A program made the translations under genes and the position numbers. Positions 10,117 through 20,587 of a DNA stretch of 64,000 nucleotides are shown here, one piece after another. The notes under the pieces are model-generated. The model did no database searches and was not told the DNA's origin. It was given only the letters and a program-made list of their open reading frames with translations. How positions within the stretch are numbered: position 1 is the stretch's first letter; every line of letters starts with the position of its first letter. The DNA comes from Clostridiales bacterium (GTDB taxonomy: Bacteria; Bacillota; Clostridia; Lachnospirales; Lachnospiraceae), in NCBI GenBank assembly GCA_012839295.1, contig DUNO01000019.1:52682-116681 (forward strand), written 5' to 3'.

Positions 10117-10995
10117 ATGAAAGAAAAATTAAACTTATATCAAATACTCAGAACAATACTCTTGGCTTTATTATCGGCCTTTGCTATCTTGCCATTTGCT
10201 TTATTATTTATTGCCTCTTTAACAAAGGAATCTTTCATTATGCAAAACGGATATAGTTATTTTCCGAAGGAATGGAGTTTTTCGGCTTATGAATACTTAA
10301 TCGCAAATGGGGCGCAGATTTTTAGGGCTTATGGGATTTCCATTATAATTACGGTCGCAGGAACTTGTTTGGGACTTGCTCTAACTTTATTATTTGCATA
10401 TCCGTTATCTAAGCCGGACATGCCTGGAAGACGCTTTTTTAACTTTATGGTATTTTTCACGATTCTGTTTAGCGGAGGCCTAGTCCCCAGCTATACCATG
10501 TGGACTACTGTATTCCATATGAAGAATAGTATATTGGCATTGCTGATACCTGGATTGCTGATGAGAGGATTTTATGTAATACTTGCAAAATCCTATTTTC
10601 AGGCTTCAATACCTGGGGAGATTTATGAGTCAGCGAGAATTGATGGAGCAAGTGAGGTCACCGTATTTTCCAGGATTGCAATTCCGCTGGCAAAACCAAT
10701 TATTGCTACGCTGGTGCTGTTTATAGGATTGGATTATTGGAATGACTGGAATAACGGCTTGATTTATTTGACTAATGCTAAGCTATATAGCATCCAGAAT
10801 GTCCTGAACCAGATGATACAGACGATTACTTTCTTATCCCAGAATGCAGGGCAGGTAAGTGTCACTGGGAATATCCCCAGCAATGCTGTCCGGATGGCAA
10901 TTGCTGTAGTCGGAACTTTACCTGTGCTGATTGCATATCCTTTTCTTCAGAAATGGTTTGTAAAAGGCATCGTAATGGGCGGTGTTAAAGGGTGA
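10117..10995 (+). CDS. Sugar ABC transporter permease (LplC-like)
   Basis: FSGGLVPSY; EAA loop EIYESARIDGASE; DYWNDW; ends GGVKG. Confidence 0.92.
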   Translation: MKEKLNLYQILRTILLALLSAFAILPFALLFIASLTKESFIMQNGYSYFPKEWSFSAYEYLIANGAQIFRAYGISIIITVAGTCLGLALTLLFAYPLSKPDMPGRRFFNFMVFFTILFSGGLVPSYTMWTTVFHMKNSILALLIPGLLMRGFYVILAKSYFQASIPGEIYESARIDGASEVTVFSRIAIPLAKPIIATLVLFIGLDYWNDWNNGLIYLTNAKLYSIQNVLNQMIQTITFLSQNAGQVSVTGNIPSNAVRMAIAVVGTLPVLIAYPFLQKWFVKGIVMGGVKG

Positions 10996-11056
10996 TTGGC
11001 TAATTAAGAAGCAGGAAACCTGATGCTAGACAATTATAATAGGAGGAAATTTTATC

Positions 11057-12739
11057 ATGATAGATTTAAAGGGTAACCCGTTTTTTTTGGATGCAGAGCA
11101 GGAAAAATGGGTGAAGGATACGTTGGAGACATTATCCACGGATGAAAAGATAGGTCAGTTGTTTTGCGAAACCCTATGGAACTGCACTCAAGAGGAGGCA
11201 GATGTTGTTTTCAGTACGATAAAACCGGGGGGCGTTATGTTTCGTCCGAATCCGGCAAGAGAAATTCGTAAGTTTACCAAGCAATTGCAGGAAAGATCAA
11301 CAGTGCCTCTTTTGATCGCAGCGAACTTCGAAAGGGGTGGAAACGGGGGAATGACGGATGGAACCTATTACGGTTCCCAGATGCAGGTTGCAGCTGCAAA
11401 TGATGATCTGTGTGGAGAGAGGCTCGGTGTAATTGCGGGCCGTGAAGCACAGGCATTGGGCTTTAACTGGTCATTTGCCCCTATAGTAGACATTGATTAC
11501 AATTACTTGAGTACAGTAACGAATACCAGAACCTTTGGTTCAGACCCCGAAAAGATTATCAGATTATCAAAAGGATACATAAGAGGTGCGCAGGGGAGCA
11601 ACATAGCCGCAACGATTAAGCATTTCCCGGGGGATGGAATGGATATTCGGGATCAGCATAAAATTGCTACGATAAATACGAAGGCGGTTGAGGATTGGGA
11701 CGCAACCTATGGAAAGGTATACCGTGAGTTAATTGAAGCTGGTGCAGATTCTGTCATGATAGGCCATATCAAGTTGCCTGCGTACAGTCATTTGCTGGAG
11801 CCTGAAACCGCCGATAAGGATATCCTTCCTGCCTCCCTGAACCCTGTGTTAATTAATAAATTACTGAGGGAAGAGTTAGGTTTTAATGGGCTGACAGTAT
11901 CTGATGATACCCATATGGCAGGCTTTATGAATTCGTTGAAACGAAAAGATGCTGTGCCGCAATGCATTGCGGCGGGCTGTGACATGTTTTTGTTTACAAT
12001 CAATCATAAAGAAGATGTGGAATACATGAGAGCCGGTGTTCGTGAGGGGGTAATTACCCAGGAACGTTTGGATGAAGCAGTAACTAGAATTTTGGCGTTA
12101 AAGGCAAAATTACGTCTTTATGAGATGGATAATTCAGAACGGGCAGAATTCGGCGAAGAGATTGTGGGATGTGAAGAACATAAGCTTTGGGCACAAGAAT
12201 GTGCGGATAAGGCAGTAACTCTAGTGAAAGATGTTGACCATTTACTGCCGATCACTCCTGAAAAGTATAAACGGATTTTGATTTATGGTTTTATGGGAGA
12301 AAAGGCCGGACGCTATGATAATCATCCTCAATATGAAAAATTTAAAATGGATCTCACCCATGAAGGGTTTGAAATAACAGAAATAAACCTGGATGAAATG
12401 CCGGGGCTGGGCAAGATGGGTGTCGGCATCGAAGATTTGGGGAAAAAATATGATATAATGATCTATTTTGTAGGAGCCCATTCTGGATACCGGATTAACT
12501 GGGAGTCCATTGTCTGTGGGGAGATTGCAAGTTATACGAAAGAGATTCCTACGATGGCGATATCCTTTGCAAGTCCATATATGCTGATTGATTTGGCTAT
12601 GGTAAGTACTTATATCAATGCATACAGTGAATCAGATTTTACAAGAAAAGCAGTCATAGAAAAAATGATGGGAAAAAGTGAATTTAAGGGGGTGAATCCG
12701 GTAGATCCATTCTGTGGGATGTGGGATTTGCCGTTATAA
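11057..12739 (+). CDS. Glycoside hydrolase family 3 (beta-glucosidase / beta-N-acetylhexosaminidase, His acid-base type)
   Basis: EKIGQLF; FAPIVDI; NTRTFG; KHFPGDG..IRDQH; nucleophile segment VSDDTHM; AGCDMFL. Confidence 0.92.
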   Translation: MIDLKGNPFFLDAEQEKWVKDTLETLSTDEKIGQLFCETLWNCTQEEADVVFSTIKPGGVMFRPNPAREIRKFTKQLQERSTVPLLIAANFERGGNGGMTDGTYYGSQMQVAAANDDLCGERLGVIAGREAQALGFNWSFAPIVDIDYNYLSTVTNTRTFGSDPEKIIRLSKGYIRGAQGSNIAATIKHFPGDGMDIRDQHKIATINTKAVEDWDATYGKVYRELIEAGADSVMIGHIKLPAYSHLLEPETADKDILPASLNPVLINKLLREELGFNGLTVSDDTHMAGFMNSLKRKDAVPQCIAAGCDMFLFTINHKEDVEYMRAGVREGVITQERLDEAVTRILALKAKLRLYEMDNSERAEFGEEIVGCEEHKLWAQECADKAVTLVKDVDHLLPITPEKYKRILIYGFMGEKAGRYDNHPQYEKFKMDLTHEGFEITEINLDEMPGLGKMGVGIEDLGKKYDIMIYFVGAHSGYRINWESIVCGEIASYTKEIPTMAISFASPYMLIDLAMVSTYINAYSESDFTRKAVIEKMMGKSEFKGVNPVDPFCGMWDLPL

Positions 12740-12742
12740 AAG

Positions 12743-13456
12743 ATGAAAATAACAGATAATATTTACCAAATAAGCGGACTTGCATTTGGAACAAATTCAA
12801 ATGCATATGTCATAGATGCAGGAGAGGAACTTATTTTGATAGATGCAGGATTTTCTGACTATCAGTGGGAGGTTATGCAAAAATCGATAAAGTTCTGGGG
12901 CTTAGAGAAAAAGCCAATTACACATACCTTTATAACTCATTGCCATTTTGATCATGCCGGTAATACCTGGCTGGCAAAGGAGGCCGGTTCAAGGATTTAT
13001 GCTGGGGATTCCGATGCACAGGGGATAGAGACAGGTGATATAAGAACGATAGGCCATATGTTTGGAAGGGAATTTAAGCCCTGTAAAGTGGACCACATCT
13101 TAAAGGACGGAGAAGTATTTCAAATAGGAAACAAGGAAATCAGGGCATTATATATGCCTGGACACAGTGTAGGTTCATATATGTTCCAAGTAGACGACAA
13201 TGGACGTAATTGCTTGTTCTTGGGGGATTTCGTTGCTTTGAACCCGGATGGAGCAGAGGATGATGTCATTGTATTGTTATCCTGGACCGGCGGGCCTGAC
13301 TATGACAGAGAATCCTATGTTAATTCATTGAAAAGGGCAGTAGGCTTTGAACCAGTTATCATGCTGCCGGGACATTGGGCATGCTTTTATGGTGATAGCC
13401 AGACAATATTTAAAAGGGCTTATCAGCTTGGTCTGGAATTAAAAGATGAAGGATGA
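12743..13456 (+). CDS. Metallo-beta-lactamase-fold hydrolase
   Basis: LIDAG; THCHFDHAG (HxHxDH); PGHSVG; FLGD; PGHW. Confidence 0.88.
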   Translation: MKITDNIYQISGLAFGTNSNAYVIDAGEELILIDAGFSDYQWEVMQKSIKFWGLEKKPITHTFITHCHFDHAGNTWLAKEAGSRIYAGDSDAQGIETGDIRTIGHMFGREFKPCKVDHILKDGEVFQIGNKEIRALYMPGHSVGSYMFQVDDNGRNCLFLGDFVALNPDGAEDDVIVLLSWTGGPDYDRESYVNSLKRAVGFEPVIMLPGHWACFYGDSQTIFKRAYQLGLELKDEG

Positions 13457-13462
13457 TTGTAA

Positions 13463-14926
13463 ATGGAAGCAAGGAAATCAGTAGTATTAGTGTTTGATGT
13501 GGGAAGCTCCGGCATGAAAGGTTTTTTGTACAACAAGAATGGGATATGTATTGGAAAGAGTCAATACTTATACTCAATGAAGATTGATGGGCAGGCTGCT
13601 ACACAAAAGGCTGAGGATTTTGAAAATGGCGTACAGAATAATAGCAGAAACCTTCTAAAATATGCAAAAGAGGCAGGCTGTTCTATAGAAGCTATTGTTT
13701 TTACTTCTCAGAGATCTTCTCTGGTCTGCCTGAGTGAAAAAGGCCATGTCCTCACTGATTTCATAATGTGGTATGACAAACGTTCACAGGATATTTGCAA
13801 TACCAGGAAAGAAACCCTTAAAGATAGTCATTATCAGATATGTGGAATAGATCCCTCTCCGATATTATTGGCACCTAAGATTACATGGGTGAAAGAAAAT
13901 ATGAAAGATGTTGCCAAGAAAACTGTTAAATATGTCAGTATTCAGGATTTCTTGATTTACCGTGCAACAGGAAAATTTGTAACGGATCCCACATTGGCCT
14001 GTAGGACAGGACTTATGGAGATCCACACAATGTATTGGTCAGAAGAAATGCTGGATTGTTATGGCATACATAAAAAAGAATTATGTGACATAATCCCTAC
14101 TGGCAGCATAGCAGGGAAAGTGACCAGGGAGTTTTCCGGAATGACAGGATTACCGGAAGGAATTCCTGTAATAACGGCGGGGGGAGACCAGCAGTGTTCC
14201 GTTCATGGACAGGGGATTGATGAATCTGCAATCGGGGTAACTTTAGGAAGCGGCGGATATGCAGTGGGTATTTCCAGTACTCTGGCTTTGGCCGCAGAGG
14301 ATAAAATAGATGTATGTGCTTCATCCGTTAGCGGTTGGTGGAATCTTGAAAAAAGTATTCCATCAGTCGGAACATCCTATGACTGGTGTCGCAGAAATTT
14401 TTACGGAGAAGAATGCATACAGGAGGAGTTCAACAAGAAATTGGAATTGTCGGAACCGGGTGCCGGAGGTGTAATTGCTTATACGGATTTTACGAAAAGG
14501 GATAAATCAGGGGGTAGCAAAGCACTAATGAATATAGGGCTTTCAACCAGCAGAGAGGATATGGCCAGGGCTTTTGTAGAGAGCGTTGTTGACGATATGG
14601 CAGAAAGCTGTCTCCTTCTCAAAAAGAGGCTTGTAAAAATAAACAAAGTTCTGGTCACAGGAGGGATGTCAAAGTCCGATCTGATCAACCAGATGCTGGC
14701 AGATATGCTGGACATTCCTGTAATAAAGAATCGAATAGATGAAGCAACAGCTGACGGAGCATGGCTTTTGGCAGCAAAAGAATTAGGTATGTATTCGGTT
14801 GGGATAGAAAATGACCGGCGCAAGGCCTTACAGGAAAAAGAATATATTCCTAATAAGTTCTGCGTTGAAAGATATGCAGTGAACAGACTGGAGCGGAGAA
14901 AAATTTTTGAAAAGGAGAGTATGTGA
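13463..14926 (+). CDS. FGGY-family carbohydrate kinase (xylulokinase / LyxK-like; substrate unknown)
   Basis: [10 protein letters not shown]; WYDKRS; GGDQQC; [17 protein letters not shown]. Confidence 0.88.
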   Translation: MEARKSVVLVFDVGSSGMKGFLYNKNGICIGKSQYLYSMKIDGQAATQKAEDFENGVQNNSRNLLKYAKEAGCSIEAIVFTSQRSSLVCLSEKGHVLTDFIMWYDKRSQDICNTRKETLKDSHYQICGIDPSPILLAPKITWVKENMKDVAKKTVKYVSIQDFLIYRATGKFVTDPTLACRTGLMEIHTMYWSEEMLDCYGIHKKELCDIIPTGSIAGKVTREFSGMTGLPEGIPVITAGGDQQCSVHGQGIDESAIGVTLGSGGYAVGISSTLALAAEDKIDVCASSVSGWWNLEKSIPSVGTSYDWCRRNFYGEECIQEEFNKKLELSEPGAGGVIAYTDFTKRDKSGGSKALMNIGLSTSREDMARAFVESVVDDMAESCLLLKKRLVKINKVLVTGGMSKSDLINQMLADMLDIPVIKNRIDEATADGAWLLAAKELGMYSVGIENDRRKALQEKEYIPNKFCVERYAVNRLERRKIFEKESM

Positions 14927-14927
14927 A

Positions 14928-16031
14928 ATGAGTAAAATAAGTGAGACAACAAGGGAAAATTGGATTATGGGCACATTTCCGGAATGGGGGACATGGCTTA
15001 ACGAAGAAATTGAGGAAGAAGAGGTAACGCCCGGAACGATAGCTATGTGGTGGCTTGGTTGCACGGGGATTTGGTTAAAAACTCCCGGAGCAGCGAATAT
15101 CAGCATTGACCTGTGGTGTGGAAACGGAAAGCGTTCTCATGGTAATGGGAAAATGCAGGTCGGCCATCAGATGGCGAATATGTGTGGGGCAAGAGCCATG
15201 CAGCCAAATTTGAGGGCAGTTCCCTTTGTCATCGACCCTTTTGCAGTAAAGCATGTTGATGCAGTACTGGCTACACACTACCACCAGGATCATATGAGCT
15301 CAGAATTTGCAGCTCATGTAATCCAAAGTGGCATTACAACAACAGATGAAAAGAGGAAGAAAATTCCAGTTCCCTTCATTGGACCAAAAAAGTCGGTTGA
15401 AACGTGGATAAAATGGGGAGTTCCCGAGGAGAGATGTATTACCGTTAAGCCGGGTGATTCAATTAAGATAAAAGATATTGAAATCATTGCACTGGATTCC
15501 TTTGACAGAACCTGCCTTGTAACTACCGATTCTCAAGGAGCCGACCGGGAGGAGCTGACAGGGATATGTCCTATGGATATGGATGATAAGGCGGTGAATT
15601 ACCTGATAAAAACTCCGGGCGGAAACATCTATCATAGCGGTGATTCCCATTACTCCATTTACTTTGCAAAGCATGGAAAGGATTATGAGGTTGATGTTGC
15701 ATTTGCTTCCTACGGAGAAAACCCGGTTGGCATGGCAGACAAAATGACATCCTGTGATGTACTCCGGATGGCAGAGGCACTCCGCACAAACGTTGTAATT
15801 CCAATTCATTATGACGTATGGACTAACTTCATGGCAGACGTCAATGAAATCAAAGTACTTTATGATATGAAAAAAGATCGTCTTGATTATCAGTTCCATC
15901 CGTTTTTCTGGGAAGTAGGAGGTAAGTACATTTATCCTACCGACAAAGAGAAGAAAGCATATCATCACAGGAGAGGGTTTGAAGACTGCTTCGAGGCACC
16001 ACAGAACATACCATTCCGTTCATTATTGTAA
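14928..16031 (+). CDS. ulaG: L-ascorbate 6-phosphate lactonase
   Basis: N-terminus [35 protein letters not shown]; [13 protein letters not shown]; THYHQDHM; YHSGDSHYS; IPIHYDVW, all characteristic of UlaG. Confidence 0.93.
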   Translation: MSKISETTRENWIMGTFPEWGTWLNEEIEEEEVTPGTIAMWWLGCTGIWLKTPGAANISIDLWCGNGKRSHGNGKMQVGHQMANMCGARAMQPNLRAVPFVIDPFAVKHVDAVLATHYHQDHMSSEFAAHVIQSGITTTDEKRKKIPVPFIGPKKSVETWIKWGVPEERCITVKPGDSIKIKDIEIIALDSFDRTCLVTTDSQGADREELTGICPMDMDDKAVNYLIKTPGGNIYHSGDSHYSIYFAKHGKDYEVDVAFASYGENPVGMADKMTSCDVLRMAEALRTNVVIPIHYDVWTNFMADVNEIKVLYDMKKDRLDYQFHPFFWEVGGKYIYPTDKEKKAYHHRRGFEDCFEAPQNIPFRSLL

Positions 16032-16059
16032 AATGCACCATAGTTGAGGATAGTGGAAA

Positions 16060-16905
16060 ATGAAGAAATATACATTGGGATTATATGAAAAGGCAATGCC
16101 GAACGAATTATCCTGGAAAGACAAGCTGGCAGCGGCTAAGCAGGCAGGATTTGACTTTATAGAAATAAGCATTGATGAGACAGATGAGAAGCTGTCAAGG
16201 CTGGATATGTCACAAGCAGAGCGCATGCTACTGCTCAATACCTGCCTGGTAATGGAAATGCCGATCAGATCCATGTGTTTAAGCGGTCATAGAAGATTTC
16301 CCCTTGGAAGCACGGATCCGTCAATTGAAGCAAAGGGAATGGAAATTATGGAGAAGGCCATACAATTGGCTGATGATCTTGGAATAAGGGTGATCCAGTT
16401 AGCGGGGTATGATGTTTATTATGAAGAGGGAAATAAAAAGACCAGAGAAAGGTTTGCGAGGAATCTGGCTGAAGCGGTTAATATGGCTTCAGCCAGAGCT
16501 ATAGTAATGGGATTTGAAACAATGGAAACGGAGTTCATGAATACTGTCGGGAAGGCAATGGAATATGTAAAGGGAGACAACTCCCCCTATTTAATGGTCT
16601 ATCCGGATATTGGAAACATAACAAATGCGGCAAAAACGTATAAAACAGATGTGATGGAAGATTTAAAGACGGGAAAAGGACACATTATAGCCATGCATTT
16701 AAAAGAAACTATTCCAGGGGTATTTCGGGAAGTACCCTTTGGAGCTGGTCATGTTGATTTCCAGTCGGCAATTAAGACAGCATGGGAGTTGGGAGTAAGA
16801 AAGTACGTAACGGAGTTCTGGTATACGGGCAGTCCAGAGTGGAAAGAAGAGCTGAAGGCCGCTAATAGAATTATGAGTGCAATGCTTGATGCTCAATCTG
16901 CCTGA
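16060..16905 (+). CDS. ulaE: L-xylulose-5-phosphate 3-epimerase (UlaE/SgbU family)
   Basis: LGLYEKAMP; FIEISIDETDEKLSRLD; SMCLSGHRRFPLGS; IQLAGYDVYYE; YPDIGN; MHLKET. Confidence 0.92.
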   Translation: MKKYTLGLYEKAMPNELSWKDKLAAAKQAGFDFIEISIDETDEKLSRLDMSQAERMLLLNTCLVMEMPIRSMCLSGHRRFPLGSTDPSIEAKGMEIMEKAIQLADDLGIRVIQLAGYDVYYEEGNKKTRERFARNLAEAVNMASARAIVMGFETMETEFMNTVGKAMEYVKGDNSPYLMVYPDIGNITNAAKTYKTDVMEDLKTGKGHIIAMHLKETIPGVFREVPFGAGHVDFQSAIKTAWELGVRKYVTEFWYTGSPEWKEELKAANRIMSAMLDAQSA

Positions 16906-16935
16906 GATTCAAACAGAAAGGGTTAGTGATTAATT

Positions 16936-18078
16936 ATGAGTAGATGGCTTTTAGGAACCTGGAATGGTCAATTAATATACCATGATGAAACGGATGAGCT
17001 TAAGAAGCAGGTGACTCAACTGACAAAGGGGCAGGATATTGCCTATATGGAGTTGGATTATGAAAAAATGCTCTTGTTTGTATTGTTGAATAATAAAGAT
17101 AGCGTGACAGGTAATGGAGGTAGCATTTTAACATATCAGATAAATGGAGACGGACAGGGAATTACTTTCCTCAACGAAATGGGTTCCTTTGGCGCTTATC
17201 CGATTGAAATTAAATTGGAGGATAGCTATGCTGTTGTTGTTAATCATGGAAGCACGAAGGATTTTGGACTGAAGACAGTACGTGATAATAAGGGCAAAAT
17301 ACAGGTCGAAAAAATTTATGAAGAATCAAGTATCGTACTTTTTGGAAGAAAAAAGGATGGAACCTTAGGTGAGGCTCTGGATGTTATCAAATTTCAGGGA
17401 AGTGGGGAAATCCCATTCTTTCAGGAAGCCCCTTCACCGCATTCCCTATACTATTTACATAGTAAGAAAGAGTTTTATGTTCCTGAAAGAGGTACGGACA
17501 GAGTAAGTGTATTTCAAATTAATGAGCAGGATAGACATTTAAAAAAAATAGGGATCATGAAGAGTAAAAAGGGATATGGTCCCAGAAACATTACTTTTCA
17601 TCCTTCTGGAAAATGGGCTTATCTTATGCACGAAATTGAATCATATGTCTTTGTATATGAAAGGGCGGAGAAGCCCGACGGAAGGGTTCGTTTTAAAAAG
17701 ATACAGGAAATAAAGACAGTGACAGAAGAAGTGGCAGGAGCCTTTACTATGCCCCAGCATTCCTTTGCGGCACTGCATCCAGTGGATCTGGCTGCTTCTG
17801 ATAAAGGTCAGTATTTGTATGTGCTGACAAGAAGCAGTAACACCTTGACAACTTTTCATATAAACCAGAAAACAGGAAGAATAAAAATTGCAGACTGCAG
17901 TTCAATCGGAGGGATAAACCCTAGACAGATATCAGTCGTTGGTGAAGAAATTTATATTATTACCCTGGATGATGGGAGCATGGTTAAATGGGAGCATAGG
18001 GAAGGGAATATGTGCCCGGAAAGAAAAGAGGTTATCATAGAGGGGATACCTAAATTAGCTGTTGGAAGAAAAATGTAA
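16936..18078 (+). CDS. Lactonase, 7-bladed beta-propeller (6-phosphogluconolactonase Pgl/YbhE-like)
   Basis: PSPHS; GYGPRNITFHPSGKWAYLMHE; GINPRQ; no signal peptide visible. Confidence 0.78.
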   Translation: MSRWLLGTWNGQLIYHDETDELKKQVTQLTKGQDIAYMELDYEKMLLFVLLNNKDSVTGNGGSILTYQINGDGQGITFLNEMGSFGAYPIEIKLEDSYAVVVNHGSTKDFGLKTVRDNKGKIQVEKIYEESSIVLFGRKKDGTLGEALDVIKFQGSGEIPFFQEAPSPHSLYYLHSKKEFYVPERGTDRVSVFQINEQDRHLKKIGIMKSKKGYGPRNITFHPSGKWAYLMHEIESYVFVYERAEKPDGRVRFKKIQEIKTVTEEVAGAFTMPQHSFAALHPVDLAASDKGQYLYVLTRSSNTLTTFHINQKTGRIKIADCSSIGGINPRQISVVGEEIYIITLDDGSMVKWEHREGNMCPERKEVIIEGIPKLAVGRKM

Positions 18079-18121
18079 TGAAGAACAACAATGACGTGCA
18101 AAGAGGAAAGCAGGAGGGGTT

Positions 18122-19180
18122 ATGTTTACTAAAAAAGTAATTAAAGAATTGGAAAACTGCTATTCAATAGCACCATTAACATATCGGGGAAAAAACTGTA
18201 TCTTAGTTGCAGCTGAGAAGCATGCTCCGTGTTACTTGTTCACAGATGATGGAGAATTGATTGATACGGTCTGGGAGGAACCAGGCGGTGTCATGACGAT
18301 GGTACAGCTACCCGGTAAGGACGGGGAGTTTCTGGCGACACATCAGTTCTATTCACCAAATGATTCTAAAGAGGCTAAGATTGTATATGTCAGGCATGAT
18401 GATAAAAAAGGATGGGTAGTTACAGAGCTGGTAAAGCTTCCATTTATCCATAGGTTTGATATCATCACAAGAAATGGCGTGAATTATCTGCTGGCATGTG
18501 CCTTGAAATCAGGATATGAATATAAAGAAGATTGGAGATTTCCAGGGCAAACCTTTACTGCAATTTTACCGGAGGATCTCTCCCAATTTCATGAAGGGAA
18601 TAACCTCCGGTTAACATTGATTAAGGATAAGATGCTTAGGAACCATGGGTATACCAGATATTTTGACAATGGAATACAGACAGGCATCATCTCGTGTGAT
18701 AACGGTGTTTATCAGTTTATACCCCCTGTTTGTAAAACAAGTGATTGGCAGGTGAAAGAGCTAATTAATGAACCCACCAGTGATGCGCTGTTGGGAGATT
18801 TCGACGGGGATGGAAATGACGAATTATTTGTTATAACTCCATTTCATGGGAATTTTGTAAAGCTTTATAAAAGGGTGGGCGGCAGCTTTAAAGAGATTTA
18901 CCAAATCCCTCTGGAACTGGAAATGCTGCATGCAATATATCAGGGAACTATTCATGGACGGCATACGATTATTTTTGGCCACAGAAAAGGAAACTGTGAT
19001 TTACTGCAGTTCTATTATGACCATAAAGAAGGTGGCTATAAATATGAAGTAATCGACCATGGCCGTGGCCCAGCTAATGTATATATGTACCATGCCGGTG
19101 GACAGGATAAGATAGTCGCTACAAATAGAGAAACAAATGAAATAGCCATCTATACCTACTGCAAGGAAGATGGAAAATAG
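18122..19180 (+). CDS. Uncharacterised protein, probable beta-propeller with one FG-GAP-like loop
   Basis: RBS AGGAGGGG; beta-strand-rich sequence; GDFDGDGNDE motif; His-rich (PFIHRF, RNHG, PFHG, MLHA, GHR). Confidence 0.7.
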   Translation: MFTKKVIKELENCYSIAPLTYRGKNCILVAAEKHAPCYLFTDDGELIDTVWEEPGGVMTMVQLPGKDGEFLATHQFYSPNDSKEAKIVYVRHDDKKGWVVTELVKLPFIHRFDIITRNGVNYLLACALKSGYEYKEDWRFPGQTFTAILPEDLSQFHEGNNLRLTLIKDKMLRNHGYTRYFDNGIQTGIISCDNGVYQFIPPVCKTSDWQVKELINEPTSDALLGDFDGDGNDELFVITPFHGNFVKLYKRVGGSFKEIYQIPLELEMLHAIYQGTIHGRHTIIFGHRKGNCDLLQFYYDHKEGGYKYEVIDHGRGPANVYMYHAGGQDKIVATNRETNEIAIYTYCKEDGK

Positions 19181-19205
19181 CCTGGAGAATGAAAGGGGGT
19201 ATATT

Positions 19206-19874
19206 ATGAATGGTGATGAAACCCGTAAAAGAATCTATCAAAAGATAAAAAAATTAGAAGCATACCGTGAAATACAAAACCTCATGGGAAGAACAGTTAT
19301 TGCATATAATTTTAGGCAGAAAGCAGAGTTGGCAGGGTTTTTTAGCAAAGTACAGGCCGATATCTCTATAGAGGTTGCTGATGAAGGTGTTTTCCAAGGC
19401 AAGGAAGCTGTTGAGGCGTATATCAAAGAGTACATTCCCCAAGAAGGTATCCCCGGTGAAATGATGGACATTCATTTGGCATCCCCCATCATTGAGGTAG
19501 CTGATGATGTAAAAACAGCAAAAGCGCAGTGGGTATGTCCTGGAATAGGAGCCCTTCCAAGAGAAAATAACGAACCGTTAGCTATCTGGAATTGGGGGAT
19601 TATTGCTGCTGACTTCACATATGAAGAAGGTGAGTGGAAAATCTGGCATCTACATTGGTTCCGGTTAATGAAGTGTGATTATGATAAGGGCTGGGTAAAA
19701 GATACCAGCATGGAAAACAGATTGAATAAGCCATATCATCCGTTAGCCAAGCCAACGACCTATCATAACCCGTATACACCGTATAGTATTAGGGAGTGTA
19801 TCCCCGCGATTCCAAGGCCTTATGTAACCTGGGACAATAGTGACTGGATGCTTAATAAGAACAGGGTGGATTAA
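19206..19874 (+). CDS. SnoaL-like / NTF2-family protein (paralog 1)
   Basis: LEAYREIQNLMGR; HLASPIIEVADDVKTAKAQW; ADFTYEEGEWKIWHLHW. Confidence 0.82.
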   Translation: MNGDETRKRIYQKIKKLEAYREIQNLMGRTVIAYNFRQKAELAGFFSKVQADISIEVADEGVFQGKEAVEAYIKEYIPQEGIPGEMMDIHLASPIIEVADDVKTAKAQWVCPGIGALPRENNEPLAIWNWGIIAADFTYEEGEWKIWHLHWFRLMKCDYDKGWVKDTSMENRLNKPYHPLAKPTTYHNPYTPYSIRECIPAIPRPYVTWDNSDWMLNKNRVD

Positions 19875-19875
19875 T

Positions 19876-20556
19876 ATGGAGTATGAATTAATGATGGAAG
19901 ATGAGTTAGCGCTGGTGGATTTTACAGAGGGTGAGCTAATTGAGTTAGAGCAGCAGATTGATAAACTTCTAGCAGCTTGGGAGATTCAGAATTTAAGAGG
20001 AACATTGTACCGTTTTCATGATGATCAACACATTGGTGACCAAAGAAGAGAGCTTTACGCTGACCAGCATCCTGGACTTGATTATGAGACTCTTCTTAAA
20101 TCGAGAATGGTAGAATTGGTAGAAAGCTTAGAAGGTAATACGTTAATACACCCGGTCATGACCCCGGTAATTGAAATAGATAAAGAGTGCAAGAAAGCTA
20201 GAGCAGTATTTTCATCATTTGGATATGAAGGCCTTTCGATTCACCGAGAGGCTCCAATGGCAATCTGGAGCATCGGATATATCCCTGGAGTTCATGTTCG
20301 GCAGGATGGTGAATGGCGTGTCTTGAGCGGGGTATGGCAGAGAACTGTAAAGACCCAGATGGAGAAAGGCTGGGTAAGGGATATGCAGAAATCAAACTGT
20401 AAACCTCCTTTGACAGATGAGCAGGACAGGAACTATCTTGGAAAATATGCCTACCATAAAGACACAGCCAGAAAATATGTACCAGTTCCACCGGATAAAA
20501 ATACCTGGAATAAATATCCGGATGAAATGGATGAAAAATGGAAGGAGAAGATATAA
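19876..20556 (+). CDS. Divergent SnoaL-like / NTF2-family protein (paralog 2)
   Basis: WEIQNLRG; HPVMTPVIEID..KARAVF; AIWSIG; QDGEWRV; KGWVRD. These align with paralog 1; start lies 1 nt after its stop. Confidence 0.7.
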   Translation: MEYELMMEDELALVDFTEGELIELEQQIDKLLAAWEIQNLRGTLYRFHDDQHIGDQRRELYADQHPGLDYETLLKSRMVELVESLEGNTLIHPVMTPVIEIDKECKKARAVFSSFGYEGLSIHREAPMAIWSIGYIPGVHVRQDGEWRVLSGVWQRTVKTQMEKGWVRDMQKSNCKPPLTDEQDRNYLGKYAYHKDTARKYVPVPPDKNTWNKYPDEMDEKWKEKI

Positions 20557-20587
20557 AAGTAGGAAATTATATTAGGAGGATACACAT

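Noticed and set aside
6351-10995. Absence of an ATPase gene for the sugar ABC importer as a sign of decay
   Set aside because: CUT1 importers in Bacillota commonly use a shared MsmX/MsmK-type ATPase encoded elsewhere.
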